Below are positions 38,933 through 49,359 of a stretch of DNA of 63,683 nt, one piece after another. The position numbers were made by a program, and so were the translations under genes. Below the pieces are notes generated by a model. It searched no databases and was not told the origin of the DNA. It worked only from the letters and a program-made list of their open reading frames with translations. Source of the DNA: Nitrospinales bacterium (GTDB lineage Bacteria > Nitrospinota > Nitrospinia > Nitrospinales > JAJDAT01); assembly GCA_046757665.1 (NCBI GenBank), contig JBHHYO010000009.1:1-63683 (forward strand), given 5' to 3'. The first letter of the stretch is position 1, and the number at the start of each line of letters is the position of its first letter.

Positions 38933-40348
38933 TTAAAGGTTTTCCGAGGCCGTAAACCCTTGAACGACTTTTTCCATTTTCGAACCGCGTGATCCCTTGA
39001 ACAACAGGCAATCGCCGGGCCGTGCGTTTTTTGACAAATAATCGACAGCCTCTTGATGGTTGTTCAGGATCACGGCACGATTGGCTGTCATCCCGGCTTT
39101 CAAGGCCGACTGGCCGGCGAGGGCGGCGCGTTTGCCGACGGTGACAAAAAAATCCACCGGGGACCCGGCGGTCTCCTCACCCAAACGGGTATGAGCTTCT
39201 TGCTCGGCGTCTCCAAGCTCCAGCATGTCGCCGATTACGAAAAACCGGCGTCCGGATATTTGATATTGGGACAGAATCGCCAAGGCCTCTCGCATTGACC
39301 GGGGGTTGGCGTTGTAGGTGTCGTTGATGATCGTCATTGACCGGTAGCGTAGAACCTGAAACCGTTGGTCCATGAGCCGGCAATTTTCGAGCCCGCGGCT
39401 GATGGCCTCCGTGTCCACGCCCAGCGAATGGCCCGCGGCGATGGCGGCCAGTGCGTTATAAATGTTGCATCTGCCCAGAAAGGGCAGAAAAACCGGCATC
39501 TCCCGCTCGAACAGGCGAAGGTTGAAATCATACCCGTCGTTGCCCCTTGGGCGGATATCATCGGCCCGGATGTCCGCGGGATTGTCAATGGCGAACGTAA
39601 CCACCCTGGAGCGCAGGGAACGCGCCAGGTCGAGCACCAGAGGGTCGTCGGCGTTGACGATGGCGGTGCCTTTTTGGTTCAGCGCTTGAAAGAGTTCGCC
39701 TTTTGCCGCTTGAACGTTTTTGAGGGTTCGGAGTTTTACCAGGTGGCCTTCGGAAATGTTGGAGATAATTCCCACTTCCGGTTCGGCGATTTCGGCGAGG
39801 CGGCGAATTTCTCCGGCGGCGCTCATACCCATTTCCAGAACGGCAACCTCGTGCCCCGCGTCAAGATTGAACAGAGTGAGGGGAAGGCCGATGTGGTTGT
39901 TGAAATTCCCTTCGGTTTTCAGGGTTTTGAATTTGCGTTCCGCGATTGCGGCCGCCATTTCCTTGGTGGTGGATTTCCCGTTGGTTCCGGTGATGGCTAC
40001 AACCCGCACCTGAAACTGTTTTCTATGAAACCGGGCGCAGTCTTGCAAAGCCGTCAGCGTGTCCCGGACCCGGATGATGAAGGGGAAATCGCTCGCGCCA
40101 CCGGCGTCGTGGAAGGCTTTTGGAATTTTCCCCTCGTTGGAAAGGATTACCCCGGACGCTTTTTTCTCGACCGCCTCGGATATGAAGTCGTGACCGTCGT
40201 AATGTTCGCCGCGAATACAAAAATACAGTTCGCGGGGACGGATTGTCCGCGAGTCTATGGAAACGCCGCGGAAATATTTATCCCCGGAGCCAAACAGAAG
40301 CTCGCCGCCGACAGCCCGTCGAATTTCATTTGCGTTCGATGCGATCAA
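38933..40348 (-). CDS. murF: UDP-MurNAc-tripeptide-D-Ala-D-Ala ligase
   Basis: IDSR, GTNGKSTTKE, NNHIGLP, NDTYNANP, GDMLELG, KGSRG. Confidence 0.98.
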   Translation of the reverse strand: MIASNANEIRRAVGGELLFGSGDKYFRGVSIDSRTIRPRELYFCIRGEHYDGHDFISEAVEKKASGVILSNEGKIPKAFHDAGGASDFPFIIRVRDTLTALQDCARFHRKQFQVRVVAITGTNGKSTTKEMAAAIAERKFKTLKTEGNFNNHIGLPLTLFNLDAGHEVAVLEMGMSAAGEIRRLAEIAEPEVGIISNISEGHLVKLRTLKNVQAAKGELFQALNQKGTAIVNADDPLVLDLARSLRSRVVTFAIDNPADIRADDIRPRGNDGYDFNLRLFEREMPVFLPFLGRCNIYNALAAIAAGHSLGVDTEAISRGLENCRLMDQRFQVLRYRSMTIINDTYNANPRSMREALAILSQYQISGRRFFVIGDMLELGDAEQEAHTRLGEETAGSPVDFFVTVGKRAALAGQSALKAGMTANRAVILNNHQEAVDYLSKNARPGDCLLFKGSRGSKMEKVVQGFTASENL

Positions 40349-41889
40349 TGTTGAGCCCTCTTTCGCAAGGCGGCCAAAGCGACCTCGCGGTCGTCAAAAT
40401 GAATGGTTTGGGTTTTCAGTATCTGGTAGTCTTCGTGACCTTTCCCGGCGATCAGCACCAGGTCGCCGGTTTGGGCCTTGTCGATGGCGTGTTCGATGGC
40501 CTTTTTTCTGTCGGCAATCAGCGTAAAGTCTTTGCCTTCCCTGGCATGAGGCGGGATGCCGCGGCAAATATCCTCGATGATGCGGTCGGGGTTTTCCGAT
40601 CGGGGGTTGTCGGAGGTGATGACGGCAAAATCGCTTTCTTGCAGAGCCACCCGCCCCATTTCCTTGCGTTTCCCCCGGTCGCGGTCGCCGCCGCATCCAA
40701 AAACCAGAATGATTTTGTTGCGGATGAAAGTCCTGGCGGTTTTCAAGACATTGGCCAAGGCATCATCTGTATGGGCGTAATCAATGGCTACGGTGAAATC
40801 TTGCCCCAGATCGACACATTGCAACCGCCCCGGAATGCAGTTCAGACTTTCCATGCCGCGAGCGACGGTTTCCAGCGGCACGTTTTGCTGGAGCGCCGCC
40901 GCCGCCGCCGAAAGCATATTGTAGATATTGTGTTTGCCGAGCAGGCGGGAGTGAATGGGCAGGTTTCCCCAAGGGGTTTTAAGATCGAACCGGCTTCCCT
41001 CTTCGTTGAGGAGGATATTTTCCGCCATGACGCTTGCCCGGTCATGGATGGCTGTGGTCAGGGTGCCCTGGGGAGCCTCCTGCCAAATTTCGCGTCCCAG
41101 CAGGTCATCAATATTCACTACCCGTTGAGCGATGCCGTGGTCGGTGAACAGGCTTTTTTTGGCCAGCATATAATCCTCTAGCGCGTCGTGGAAATCCAGG
41201 TGGTCGCGGCTCAGGTTGGTGAAAACCGCCGTCGTGAAATCCAACTCGCGAACCCGGTGCAGGATCAGGGAATGAGATGAAACTTCCATGACACAGTTTG
41301 GGATTCCCAGGGACACCATTTCCGCCATCATGCGGTTGAGATCCAAAGACTCCGGCGTCGTCATGCCCGCCCGAAATATCTGCCCGCCGTAGCGGTAATT
41401 GATGGTGCCGATCACTCCGGTCGGACTGTCGAAGGCGTGGAAAATGGATTCCAGCAGATAGGCTACCGTGGTTTTACCGTTGGTTCCGGTTATGCCGATC
41501 AAGTTTAATTGTTGTGAGGGATGCCCGAAATATTGTGCGCTGATGCCGGCAAGAACCCGGCGGCAGTTTTCAACGCGAATAGCGGTAATGCCCGGCAAGC
41601 TCGACTCAGCCACCCGGCCGAGAGAGGTTTCCGTGATAAAGGCGGTAGCGCCCCGGTTGACGGCTTCGGCGATAAACCGGGTTCCGTCAAGGCGCAGGCC
41701 GGGCATGGCCAGAAACAAACTTCCCTTTGCCGCCTGCCTGGAGTCGTAAACGATGGAGGAGATGTTTTTGTCAAGAGAACCGCGAAGGTCGAGAAGCGGA
41801 TATCCTGCCAGGATTTGCGACAATTGTTTGGGTCGGTTGGCGTTCACGTTAGTAAGGCGCTTGCCGGAAGATAAATCGAATTGGATCAC
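40345..41889 (-). CDS. murE: UDP-MurNAc-dipeptide-meso-DAP ligase
   Basis: GTNGKTT, MEVSSH, DYAHT, GCGGDRD, DNPR (DAP-specific), AGKGHE. Confidence 0.98.
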   Translation of the reverse strand: MIQFDLSSGKRLTNVNANRPKQLSQILAGYPLLDLRGSLDKNISSIVYDSRQAAKGSLFLAMPGLRLDGTRFIAEAVNRGATAFITETSLGRVAESSLPGITAIRVENCRRVLAGISAQYFGHPSQQLNLIGITGTNGKTTVAYLLESIFHAFDSPTGVIGTINYRYGGQIFRAGMTTPESLDLNRMMAEMVSLGIPNCVMEVSSHSLILHRVRELDFTTAVFTNLSRDHLDFHDALEDYMLAKKSLFTDHGIAQRVVNIDDLLGREIWQEAPQGTLTTAIHDRASVMAENILLNEEGSRFDLKTPWGNLPIHSRLLGKHNIYNMLSAAAAALQQNVPLETVARGMESLNCIPGRLQCVDLGQDFTVAIDYAHTDDALANVLKTARTFIRNKIILVFGCGGDRDRGKRKEMGRVALQESDFAVITSDNPRSENPDRIIEDICRGIPPHAREGKDFTLIADRKKAIEHAIDKAQTGDLVLIAGKGHEDYQILKTQTIHFDDREVALAALRKRAQH

Positions 41890-41897
41890 GGTATTTC

Positions 41898-43643
41898 TTA
41901 AGCCTTGTTTAAAATAAAAACCCGCTCTTCATTTGAGGGAACATTCAAATACCTCAAAGCCTGCTTGGCGATTTCACGAAAAACCGGGGCGGCGACAATA
42001 CTGCCCCAATAGACGTTTTTCGGTCCATCAATCATAACCAGGATGGCCAACTCCGGTGCGTCCGCGGGTACAAACCCGGCAAAGGAGGAAATGAACTCGG
42101 ATTTGGAATAAGCTTTGGTCCGGGGATCGAATGTTTGTGCTGTGCCGGTTTTGCCGGCGACTTCATAACCGGGCAGGGCCGCCCGGGCGCCAGTGCCGAA
42201 CTTGACCGCGCCTTTGAGAATTTCCACTATCTGGCGGCTGGTGTTTCCGGAGATCACCCGTTTGATTACCAGGGGTTTGAACGATTGCGTGACGACCCCG
42301 TTCTGGCGGATGGATTTTGTCAGGTAAGGGCGCATCAGGTTTCCACCGTTGGCGATGGCGGATAGGGCCGTAACCATTTGAATGGGAGTTACGCCGATCT
42401 CCTGGCCGAAAGAAATGGAGGCGAGTGACAGCTTGGACCATTTGGAGACGTGGCGCAGTTGGCCCGCTGTTTCGCCCGGCAGTTTGATCCCGGCTTTATC
42501 ACCGAAGCCGAATTTTCTGATGAATTCGTAGAGACGGTATTTGCCCAGTTTTTCCGCCACCTTGATGGTGCCGATATTGCTGGACTTGATGATGATATTG
42601 CGCATGGACAGCCAACCGAATTTATGGTTGTCAGCTTCTCTAATGCGCTTGTTGCCAACGGTGTAAACTCCGTTCTCGCAGAAGAAAATGTCGTTGGGGC
42701 GAGCCACTCCCGTTTCGATGGCCGCCGCGGCTACAAAAGGTTTGAAAATGGACCCCGGTTCGTAGGAATTGGCGATTATGGGGTTTTTCCAGGAAGGGGC
42801 AGGGTAGGCGGAAAAATCATTCGGATTGTATCGCGGTACGCCGGCCATGGCGTAGATTTCACCCGTGTTCGGATTCATTACCACCGCGATGCCGGCTTTT
42901 GCCCGGTAACGGCGCACCTGTTTGACCAATTGGTACTCGGTGATGAATTGAATGGTTTCGTCGATGGTTAAAACAACATCCGCCCTTTGGCTGGACGGTT
43001 CGTGTTGTTTGCCAACGATGCGGATGCTCTTTCCCCGGGCGTCTTTTTTAATGACCTCCCGGGAGACCCCGCCCTTCAGAATGGAGTCGTAAAAATGTTC
43101 CGCGCCGGCAAGACCCTGATTGTCTACTCCGACGAAGCCGATGACGCTCGCGGCCAACTCGCGCTTGGGATAGAACCGTTTGTGCTCGGTGATGAAACCC
43201 ACCCCGGCAAGATGAAGTTTCCCCAGTTTCTCCGTTTCTTGTAAATCGCATTTGCGCTTGATCCAGACAAAATTCTTTTTTGAAAAAAGTTTGCGCAAAA
43301 CATTATCCCTGCTCATCTTCAAGGTAGTGGCCAGTTTGCTTGCGACATAGGCTTTGTCCGGGATTTCTTGTGGGTTGGCGTAGACGGATTCTACTTCTAG
43401 GTTAGCCGCCAGTTCATTGAGGTTGCGGTCGAAGATTTTGCCGCGTCCGTAAAAAATTTTTACGGTACGAGCGTATTGTTTCTCCGATTGGGCCAGCAAT
43501 TCCTCATGCTGGAAGATTTGCAGATAAAGCAGTTTCCCGAAAAGAGCGACGGCAAACAGGCTTAACAGGCTGTAAACGAGCATCAGCCTGCTACGAAAGT
43601 TGCGGCGGCTCTTGGGAAGCAGGTATGTTTTGGCGTGCGGCAT
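41898..43643 (-). CDS. ftsI: Penicillin-binding protein 3 (FtsI)
   Basis: RGKIFDRN, EPGSIFK (SxxK), SSN, KTGTAQ. Confidence 0.95.
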   Translation of the reverse strand: MPHAKTYLLPKSRRNFRSRLMLVYSLLSLFAVALFGKLLYLQIFQHEELLAQSEKQYARTVKIFYGRGKIFDRNLNELAANLEVESVYANPQEIPDKAYVASKLATTLKMSRDNVLRKLFSKKNFVWIKRKCDLQETEKLGKLHLAGVGFITEHKRFYPKRELAASVIGFVGVDNQGLAGAEHFYDSILKGGVSREVIKKDARGKSIRIVGKQHEPSSQRADVVLTIDETIQFITEYQLVKQVRRYRAKAGIAVVMNPNTGEIYAMAGVPRYNPNDFSAYPAPSWKNPIIANSYEPGSIFKPFVAAAAIETGVARPNDIFFCENGVYTVGNKRIREADNHKFGWLSMRNIIIKSSNIGTIKVAEKLGKYRLYEFIRKFGFGDKAGIKLPGETAGQLRHVSKWSKLSLASISFGQEIGVTPIQMVTALSAIANGGNLMRPYLTKSIRQNGVVTQSFKPLVIKRVISGNTSRQIVEILKGAVKFGTGARAALPGYEVAGKTGTAQTFDPRTKAYSKSEFISSFAGFVPADAPELAILVMIDGPKNVYWGSIVAAPVFREIAKQALRYLNVPSNEERVFILNKA

Positions 43644-43648
43644 AAAAT

Positions 43649-43942
43649 TTATTTGAGAAATACCGTTATCACCTGGTTGTTTTCCATGGGGAGCAGGCCG
43701 AGCTCTTTTTGAGTCAAGGTCTGAATGCGGTAAAGAGACGTCAGACTTTCCTTTTCCAGTTTGAGAAGCCGGTTTTCCCGTGCCAGCTGGTGGCGCTTCT
43801 TTTTTAACGCCTGAAATTCGTATGCGTATTTGACCATTTTGACGTTGGACCATACGAAGGCCATCGAGCCCGCCATGAACAACAGGGAAATGACCAGGAT
43901 CAGAGAAACTTCCTTGGGGGAAACCTGAAACCAACCGTTCAT
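43649..43942 (-). CDS. ftsL: Cell division protein FtsL
   Basis: Small TM plus coiled-coil protein between rsmH and ftsI; start could be 43966. Confidence 0.8.
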   Translation of the reverse strand: MNGWFQVSPKEVSLILVISLLFMAGSMAFVWSNVKMVKYAYEFQALKKKRHQLARENRLLKLEKESLTSLYRIQTLTQKELGLLPMENNQVITVFLK

Positions 43943-43958
43943 TTGGCGAAACACGCCC

Positions 43959-44903
43959 TCAAACATAAATTCTCTCCGCGGCTCTCAATTTTGCGCTTGA
44001 TGCTCGTGGATTGTCCGCCAGCTCTTTTCCGGAAGGGCGGACAGGTCTGCGGGTTAAGATTTTGAGAGTGCTTTTTTGACCGCAAACGCACACGGGAATT
44101 TTCGGCGGACAAATACAGCCTTTTTCCCGGTCCTTGAAGAAGTGCTTGACGATGCGGTCTTCCAGCGAGTGAAATGAAATTGCCAGGAGGCGCCCGGCAT
44201 CATCCAAAACCTCGATGGCGTCCCGCAAGGCTTGTTTGAGTTCTTCCAACTCGTGATTAACGGCAATGCGCAGGGCTTGAAAGGTCCGGGTGGCGGGGTG
44301 GATACTGCTGGGTTGCGGGTTAGGTATTGTTGTGGAGATGATCTTCGATAAGTGGGATGTCGTCCGAATGGGACCTTCGCCCTGCGCTTTGCGGATCGCC
44401 CGCACGATCCGTTTCGCATGCCGTTCTTCACCATACTCCTTTAAAACCTTTAGCAATTCTGTGTCCGACAGAGTGGTCAGCAATTTGCTGGCCGTGGTTT
44501 TGTCGTCACGATTCATGCGCATGTCCAGGGGCCCGTCGCGCAAAAAGCTGAACCCTCTCTCCGGGCTTTCCACTTGGAGAGAAGAAATGCCCACGTCAAT
44601 CAGAAATCCGTCGATTTTATCGATTTTTCTCTGCATCAGGATTGTTTTAATCTTGCTGAAGTTGTTGTGAACAAAGTTAATCCTGTCTCCAAAAGGAGCC
44701 AGCCTTTTGCGGGCTCTTGTCAACGCCTGGGCGTCTCGATCAATTCCCAGGATGCGGCATTGGGGGCCGCTGTTTTTAAGAATTAGTTCGCTGTGCCCTC
44801 CGTCGCCTAATGTGCCATCCACAATCCAGTGTTTGCTTTCGGCATTCAAATAATGAATTACCTTGTCGGCCAATACCGGTTTGTGATAGCTCGGTACGGC
44901 CAT
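43959..44903 (-). CDS. rsmH: 16S rRNA m4C1402 methyltransferase
   Basis: HKPVL, DGTLGDGGH, GPLDMRM, FQALRIAVN, SFHSLED. Confidence 0.98.
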   Translation of the reverse strand: MAVPSYHKPVLADKVIHYLNAESKHWIVDGTLGDGGHSELILKNSGPQCRILGIDRDAQALTRARKRLAPFGDRINFVHNNFSKIKTILMQRKIDKIDGFLIDVGISSLQVESPERGFSFLRDGPLDMRMNRDDKTTASKLLTTLSDTELLKVLKEYGEERHAKRIVRAIRKAQGEGPIRTTSHLSKIISTTIPNPQPSSIHPATRTFQALRIAVNHELEELKQALRDAIEVLDDAGRLLAISFHSLEDRIVKHFFKDREKGCICPPKIPVCVCGQKSTLKILTRRPVRPSGKELADNPRASSAKLRAAERIYV

Positions 44904-44946
44904 TATGTTGTCTCCTTGTGAAAATGCCTCGACGGGGTTTCACGGT

Positions 44947-45345
44947 TCAACTCGCAGTTGGATAAGTTTTTTCCCACAGGCTCATGCTCCAGATTTCGAA
45001 CGTTCGGGACATGCCGACCAGAACCACCTCTCTGTTCAATTCGGCGGTCTTGCGCAGGAAGGCCGGAATCAACACCTTCCCGGATTTGATTTCGCATTCG
45101 TCGGCGCGGGAATAAAAATCTCTCAATCGATTTCTATCCTCTGTGTCGAAAGCCGACAAGTGGTTTAACTTTTCCTCATTGAGAGCCCATTCGTTCTGTG
45201 GAAATACCACCAGATATTGATCCATCGTGCACACAACCAGGTTGGGATTGTTTTCTTTTTCCAGGACAGCCTTGAACTTGGAAGGGATGTTTACCCTTCC
45301 CTTGTCATCGAGATTGACGTAATATGTTCCGAGAAAACCGTTCAT
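44947..45345 (-). CDS. mraZ: Division/cell wall cluster repressor MraZ
   Basis: FLGTY..NLDDKGRV.IP, second AbrB repeat, FEIW; first gene of the dcw cluster. Confidence 0.93.
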   Translation of the reverse strand: MNGFLGTYYVNLDDKGRVNIPSKFKAVLEKENNPNLVVCTMDQYLVVFPQNEWALNEEKLNHLSAFDTEDRNRLRDFYSRADECEIKSGKVLIPAFLRKTAELNREVVLVGMSRTFEIWSMSLWEKTYPTAS

Positions 45346-45394
45346 ATTCTTTTCGTAATAAAGGTATGCGATGAACCGCTAATTAATTGATTCT

Positions 45395-45447
45395 GACACT
45401 TTACTACATAAATTGACATAATCTATCACATTCTGTCACTCTGTCAA
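45395..45447 (-). promoter_or_regulatory. dcw promoter with overlapping 10-bp-phased repeats (probable MraZ operator)
   Basis: Minus strand TTGACA-N16-TAGATT with an extended TG; five AGTG/TGTG/TATG units at exactly 10-bp period. Confidence 0.65.
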
Positions 45448-45677
45448 CAAAAAAGGCGCTTAGTCTATAAAGATTTATGAAGGTTCTTTTCCCCGAAAAA
45501 ATGGTGGATCGGAGGACAAAAGATGACCTTGGATTGTTGGCCACCGTGGACAAAGAATGGGTTGGAAAATTGTGATTACGTATCAAAACGATTCGGGGTG
45601 ACCACAAGCAGGCTCAGCTGGCGAATTTGAATCGTAGGCGGATAATTTTGTGCCGGCAAATCTCCCATGAAATTGCT

Positions 45678-45707
45678 TTGACAGTAATAATCCGCCGATG
45701 TTACTAT
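45678..45707 (+). promoter_or_regulatory. Sigma70-like promoter of the ccm operon
   Basis: TTGACA-N18-TACTAT with a TGn extension. Confidence 0.55.
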
Positions 45708-45784
45708 TTATAAGATAGGCAGGAAGATAGGGATGTCCTTAGAATCTTTTTATGCAGGAAAAGATTACAAAAGGTTAAAGTGAG

Positions 45785-46306
45785 ATGTCTCCCAAAAAAA
45801 TAAAATTTATGGTTGGGGCCGCGTTGATTGTGGGTTCGATAGGCTATCTGATTTCCACCAGCATCAGCAAAACTTCGATGTATTTTGTAACTGTGGGCGA
45901 GCTCGCAAGCCGCGGCATGGATTCTTTTCAAGGCGAGGTGCTAAAGGTCAAGGGCAACGTTGTCAAGGGTTCCATTGTGCGCAACCCAAAAGATTTTCTG
46001 GACGTGGCTTTTGTGATTGCGGATAAGGATGCGCCGGATGGTAAGACGGGTAACCATAAGAAGAGCAATTTAAAAGTCCAATACAAAGGCGTCACTCCGG
46101 ATATGTTCATCGATGATGGGGAAGTTGTGGTTGAGGGGGTTATTAAAGGGGGCGTCTTCCATGCCAATACTCTTCTGACCAGTTGCCCGTCAAAATATGA
46201 GGCGGAACGGGAGGCCGGCAAATCCCATCCGGACGGGCTTTCGACATACGACTTGAAAGACTCATACCAGAAAAAACCGGTTTCCGCGACCAAGACAACT
46301 ATTTAA
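45785..46306 (+). CDS. ccmE: Heme chaperone CcmE (CxxxY variant)
   Basis: N-terminal TM, V.YKG..PDMF...EVVVEG, LLTSCPSKY. Confidence 0.93.
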   Translation: MSPKKIKFMVGAALIVGSIGYLISTSISKTSMYFVTVGELASRGMDSFQGEVLKVKGNVVKGSIVRNPKDFLDVAFVIADKDAPDGKTGNHKKSNLKVQYKGVTPDMFIDDGEVVVEGVIKGGVFHANTLLTSCPSKYEAEREAGKSHPDGLSTYDLKDSYQKKPVSATKTTI

Positions 46307-46401
46307 GCTTTCCTGCCGGACCCGCGGGTCGCCCGGATCACTCTTGATTTTTTTGGAAAACTCCGAGAAGGAGTTTTTTTTTCTTTAGGATTTTTGCGAG
46401 G

Positions 46402-48420
46402 TTGTACATGAATCAGATCGGGGAATTTACGTTATTCCTTGCATTGGCAACGGCGATTTACGGTCTGGTTTGCTATGTGATGGCGGTTAAGGGTAACCGG
46501 ATCGATTTGTACCTGAGTGCGGACAAAACGCCCCTCATTGTCTGGGGGTGTGTCGTTATTTCATCCGCGGCCTTGTTGCGGGCATTTCTTGTCAACGACT
46601 TCAGCCTGGAATACGTCTGGGCCTATTCCAATAAAGAACTGGATATTTTTTACAAGATTTCGTCGTTCTGGGGTGGGCAAAAAGGGTCCTTGTTGTTTTG
46701 GACGCTCATCTTAACCAGTTATACCGCGGTCGTTTATTTCCAGAATCGGAAAAAGAATCTGGAAGTGTTTCCTTATGCGTTGACGGTTTTGCTGGCCATC
46801 ACCACCTTTTTTCTTTTCCTGCTGAATTTTTCCACCAACCCCTTTGAAGTGTTGCCCCTGCCCCCAGAAGATGGAAGGGGGCTGAATCCTTTGTTGCAGA
46901 ATTATTGGATGGTGATTCATCCACCCACGCTGTACCTGGGATATGTCGGTTTTACCATACCGTTTGCCTTTGCGGTTGGGGCGCTACTGACAAAAAATCT
47001 GGACGACGGATGGATTCGTCTAACGCGCAAATGGACTCTTGTCTCCTGGTTTTTTCTCTGCATGGGAAACCTGTTTGGCGCGCAATGGGCCTACATCGAG
47101 CTTGGATGGGGCGGATACTGGGCATGGGATCCGGTGGAAAACGCGGCGTTTATGCCCCTGCTCGTGGCAACGGCCTACCTGCATTCGGTGATGATTCAGG
47201 AAAAAAAGGACATGATGAAAGTATGGAATATGTCCCTGATACTTCTCACCTTTGTCATGACCATCTTCGGAACCTTTATCACGCGGAGCGGTTTGATCCA
47301 ATCGGTGCATTCGTTTGATGAGGCCACCCTGGGCTACTATTTTCTGGGATTCTTGTTTGTCATTGTTGCCGTGTCTTCGTCTTTGATCATTAGTCGGTTG
47401 CCCCTGTTGAAAAGCAAGAACGAGCTGGATTCCTTCTTGTCCCGGGAGAGCAGTTTTTTGTTCAACAATCTGGTTTTACTGGGGATCGCTTTTGCCACCT
47501 TTTGGGGAACCATTTTCCCAATCATTTCCGAAGCTTTCCGGGGAGTGAAGGTTACGGTGGGGCCGCCGTTTTATAATCAGGTAAATGTCCCGATCGGGAT
47601 GACCTTGCTGGCCTTGATGGGAATCGGCCCGGTGATCGCCTGGCGAAAAGCCACATGGTCCAACTTGAAGAAAAATTTTACAAAGCCGCTGATCACTGCA
47701 TTGATCGGGGCGGTGCTGTTGGTCGGGTTTACGTCGTTTAATTCAAAAGCGGAGGTGTTTGCCTACATCACGTTTGTTCTTTGTGTTTTTGTCCTGTCGA
47801 CGATTGCCGGCGAATTTTATAAAGGGACTGTGGCTCGCAGGGAACTGCAGAAAGAAACCGTCGCCGAGGCATTGGGCTCGCTGGTCTGGAAGAACAAGCG
47901 CCGTTATGGAGGCTATATCGTTCATGTGGGAGTGGTCATGATTTTTGCGGGCATTGCCGGCTCATCCGCTTACAGCACCAACGTGGAGAAGCATTTGCGG
48001 ATCGGAGAGACCCTGAAGGTCAGGGATTATACCCTGCGCTATGAGAAATTGACGGCGGTTCAGGCGACGAATGTTAAAACCCGGATCATTGCAGAGTTGG
48101 AGGTCATTAAAAACGGGCGGCACTTGTGGACTGCCCGGCCCGAAAAGGAGTTTTATAAGGGGCAGAACCAACCGGTCTCGGAAGTGGATCTTTACTCTAC
48201 CTGGGTGGAGGATTTATATGTCATTCTTGCGGATTTCCGGGAGGATGAATCCGCCACCATCAAAGTTTACGTCAATCCCATGGTGAGTTGGTTGTGGCGT
48301 GGAGGATTGATCATCGCTTGCGGCACAGTTATAGCCATGTGGCCGGATCGGCGGGAGAGCAGGCGCCGGTTGGAACGATTAAAAAAACAAACCGCGGTGT
48401 TTGCCCCCGCGCAGGAATAA
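46402..48420 (+). CDS. ccmF: Cytochrome c heme lyase CcmF
   Basis: WGGQKGSLL, GLNPLLQ, HPPTLYLGY, WWD motif WAYIELGWGGYWAWDPVEN, SVHSF. Confidence 0.97.
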   Translation: MYMNQIGEFTLFLALATAIYGLVCYVMAVKGNRIDLYLSADKTPLIVWGCVVISSAALLRAFLVNDFSLEYVWAYSNKELDIFYKISSFWGGQKGSLLFWTLILTSYTAVVYFQNRKKNLEVFPYALTVLLAITTFFLFLLNFSTNPFEVLPLPPEDGRGLNPLLQNYWMVIHPPTLYLGYVGFTIPFAFAVGALLTKNLDDGWIRLTRKWTLVSWFFLCMGNLFGAQWAYIELGWGGYWAWDPVENAAFMPLLVATAYLHSVMIQEKKDMMKVWNMSLILLTFVMTIFGTFITRSGLIQSVHSFDEATLGYYFLGFLFVIVAVSSSLIISRLPLLKSKNELDSFLSRESSFLFNNLVLLGIAFATFWGTIFPIISEAFRGVKVTVGPPFYNQVNVPIGMTLLALMGIGPVIAWRKATWSNLKKNFTKPLITALIGAVLLVGFTSFNSKAEVFAYITFVLCVFVLSTIAGEFYKGTVARRELQKETVAEALGSLVWKNKRRYGGYIVHVGVVMIFAGIAGSSAYSTNVEKHLRIGETLKVRDYTLRYEKLTAVQATNVKTRIIAELEVIKNGRHLWTARPEKEFYKGQNQPVSEVDLYSTWVEDLYVILADFREDESATIKVYVNPMVSWLWRGGLIIACGTVIAMWPDRRESRRRLERLKKQTAVFAPAQE

Positions 48421-48441
48421 AACAAACGGAGAACTTGGCCG

Positions 48442-48939
48442 ATGAAAGAAAGACGGTCACAATTTTTGGTCCCGGTGTTGCTTATGGTCGGATGGCTGGC
48501 TCTGGGGGTGTCTGCTACCGCCTCGGCGGGAGTGGTGATTGCCGATCTGGAAAACGCTCTCATGTGCAAATGTGACGATGAATGCGGTAAGGTGTTGATC
48601 AATTGTACCTGCGACACCGCAAAGGAAACGAAAAAAGATTTTAGGAAAAAACTTGAATCGGGACTCACGGTGGAGCAAGTCATCCAGGTCTATGTGGACA
48701 AATATGGTGAAACGGCTTTATCGGCGCCGACCAAATCGGGATTCAATCTGACGGCTTGGTTGACCCCGTTTGCCGCGATTCTTGGCGGGGGGTTGGGTAT
48801 CCGAAAAATTGTTCAAGCCTGGCTCAGAAAAAACCGTTCCCCGCTTTCTCCAGTCCACAAAAAAGGAGATAACACCCCGGCGTCTACCGGTCGATTCTCC
48901 AGGCAATTGCAGGATGAACTGGAGCAGATTGAACTCTAA
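48442..48939 (+). CDS. ccmH: CcmH-like protein (Cys-rich variant)
   Basis: LMCKCDDECG..LINCTC, V.KYGE.AL.AP...GFNLTAW, C-terminal TM. Confidence 0.8.
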   Translation: MKERRSQFLVPVLLMVGWLALGVSATASAGVVIADLENALMCKCDDECGKVLINCTCDTAKETKKDFRKKLESGLTVEQVIQVYVDKYGETALSAPTKSGFNLTAWLTPFAAILGGGLGIRKIVQAWLRKNRSPLSPVHKKGDNTPASTGRFSRQLQDELEQIEL

Positions 48940-48941
48940 GG

Positions 48942-49280
48942 ATGAGCTTAGTCCATTTCATTGAACTGCTTTTGGTTGTGGGAATATTGATTGCAGTTGG
49001 TTTGCCTTTGTTCAGAAAATTTTCCTCCAACAAATTATTTTCCCCCAGAAACCCTGCCGTTGAAGAATATAAACATATGCTGGTGCGAAAAGAAGAAGTT
49101 CTGTTGGCGATCAAGGAATTGGAGTTCGATTTTAAGGTTGGGAAAATATCCCGTGAAGATTTCGATCAAATGATGAAAAAACTGGAAGGGGAGGCCGTTG
49201 AAGTCCTCGAAAGAATCGACTGTCTGGAAAAACAAAAGAAAAATCCTGAATCATCCACCCGCAAGCTGGAAGTTGCCTGA
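48942..49280 (+). CDS. CcmI N-terminal-like small membrane protein
   Basis: TM helix followed by LAIKELEFDFKVGKISREDF. Confidence 0.65.
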   Translation: MSLVHFIELLLVVGILIAVGLPLFRKFSSNKLFSPRNPAVEEYKHMLVRKEEVLLAIKELEFDFKVGKISREDFDQMMKKLEGEAVEVLERIDCLEKQKKNPESSTRKLEVA

Positions 49281-49359
49281 CTGCCCTTGCGATCTTTTTA
49301 CCGTTGCGGTGGCTTGTCCGCCGTAACCCCGTCCCAGATAAAAAAACCCGCCGGACCCC

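Noticed and set aside
27428-45345. dcw cluster as a novelty
   Set aside because: Canonical gene content and order.
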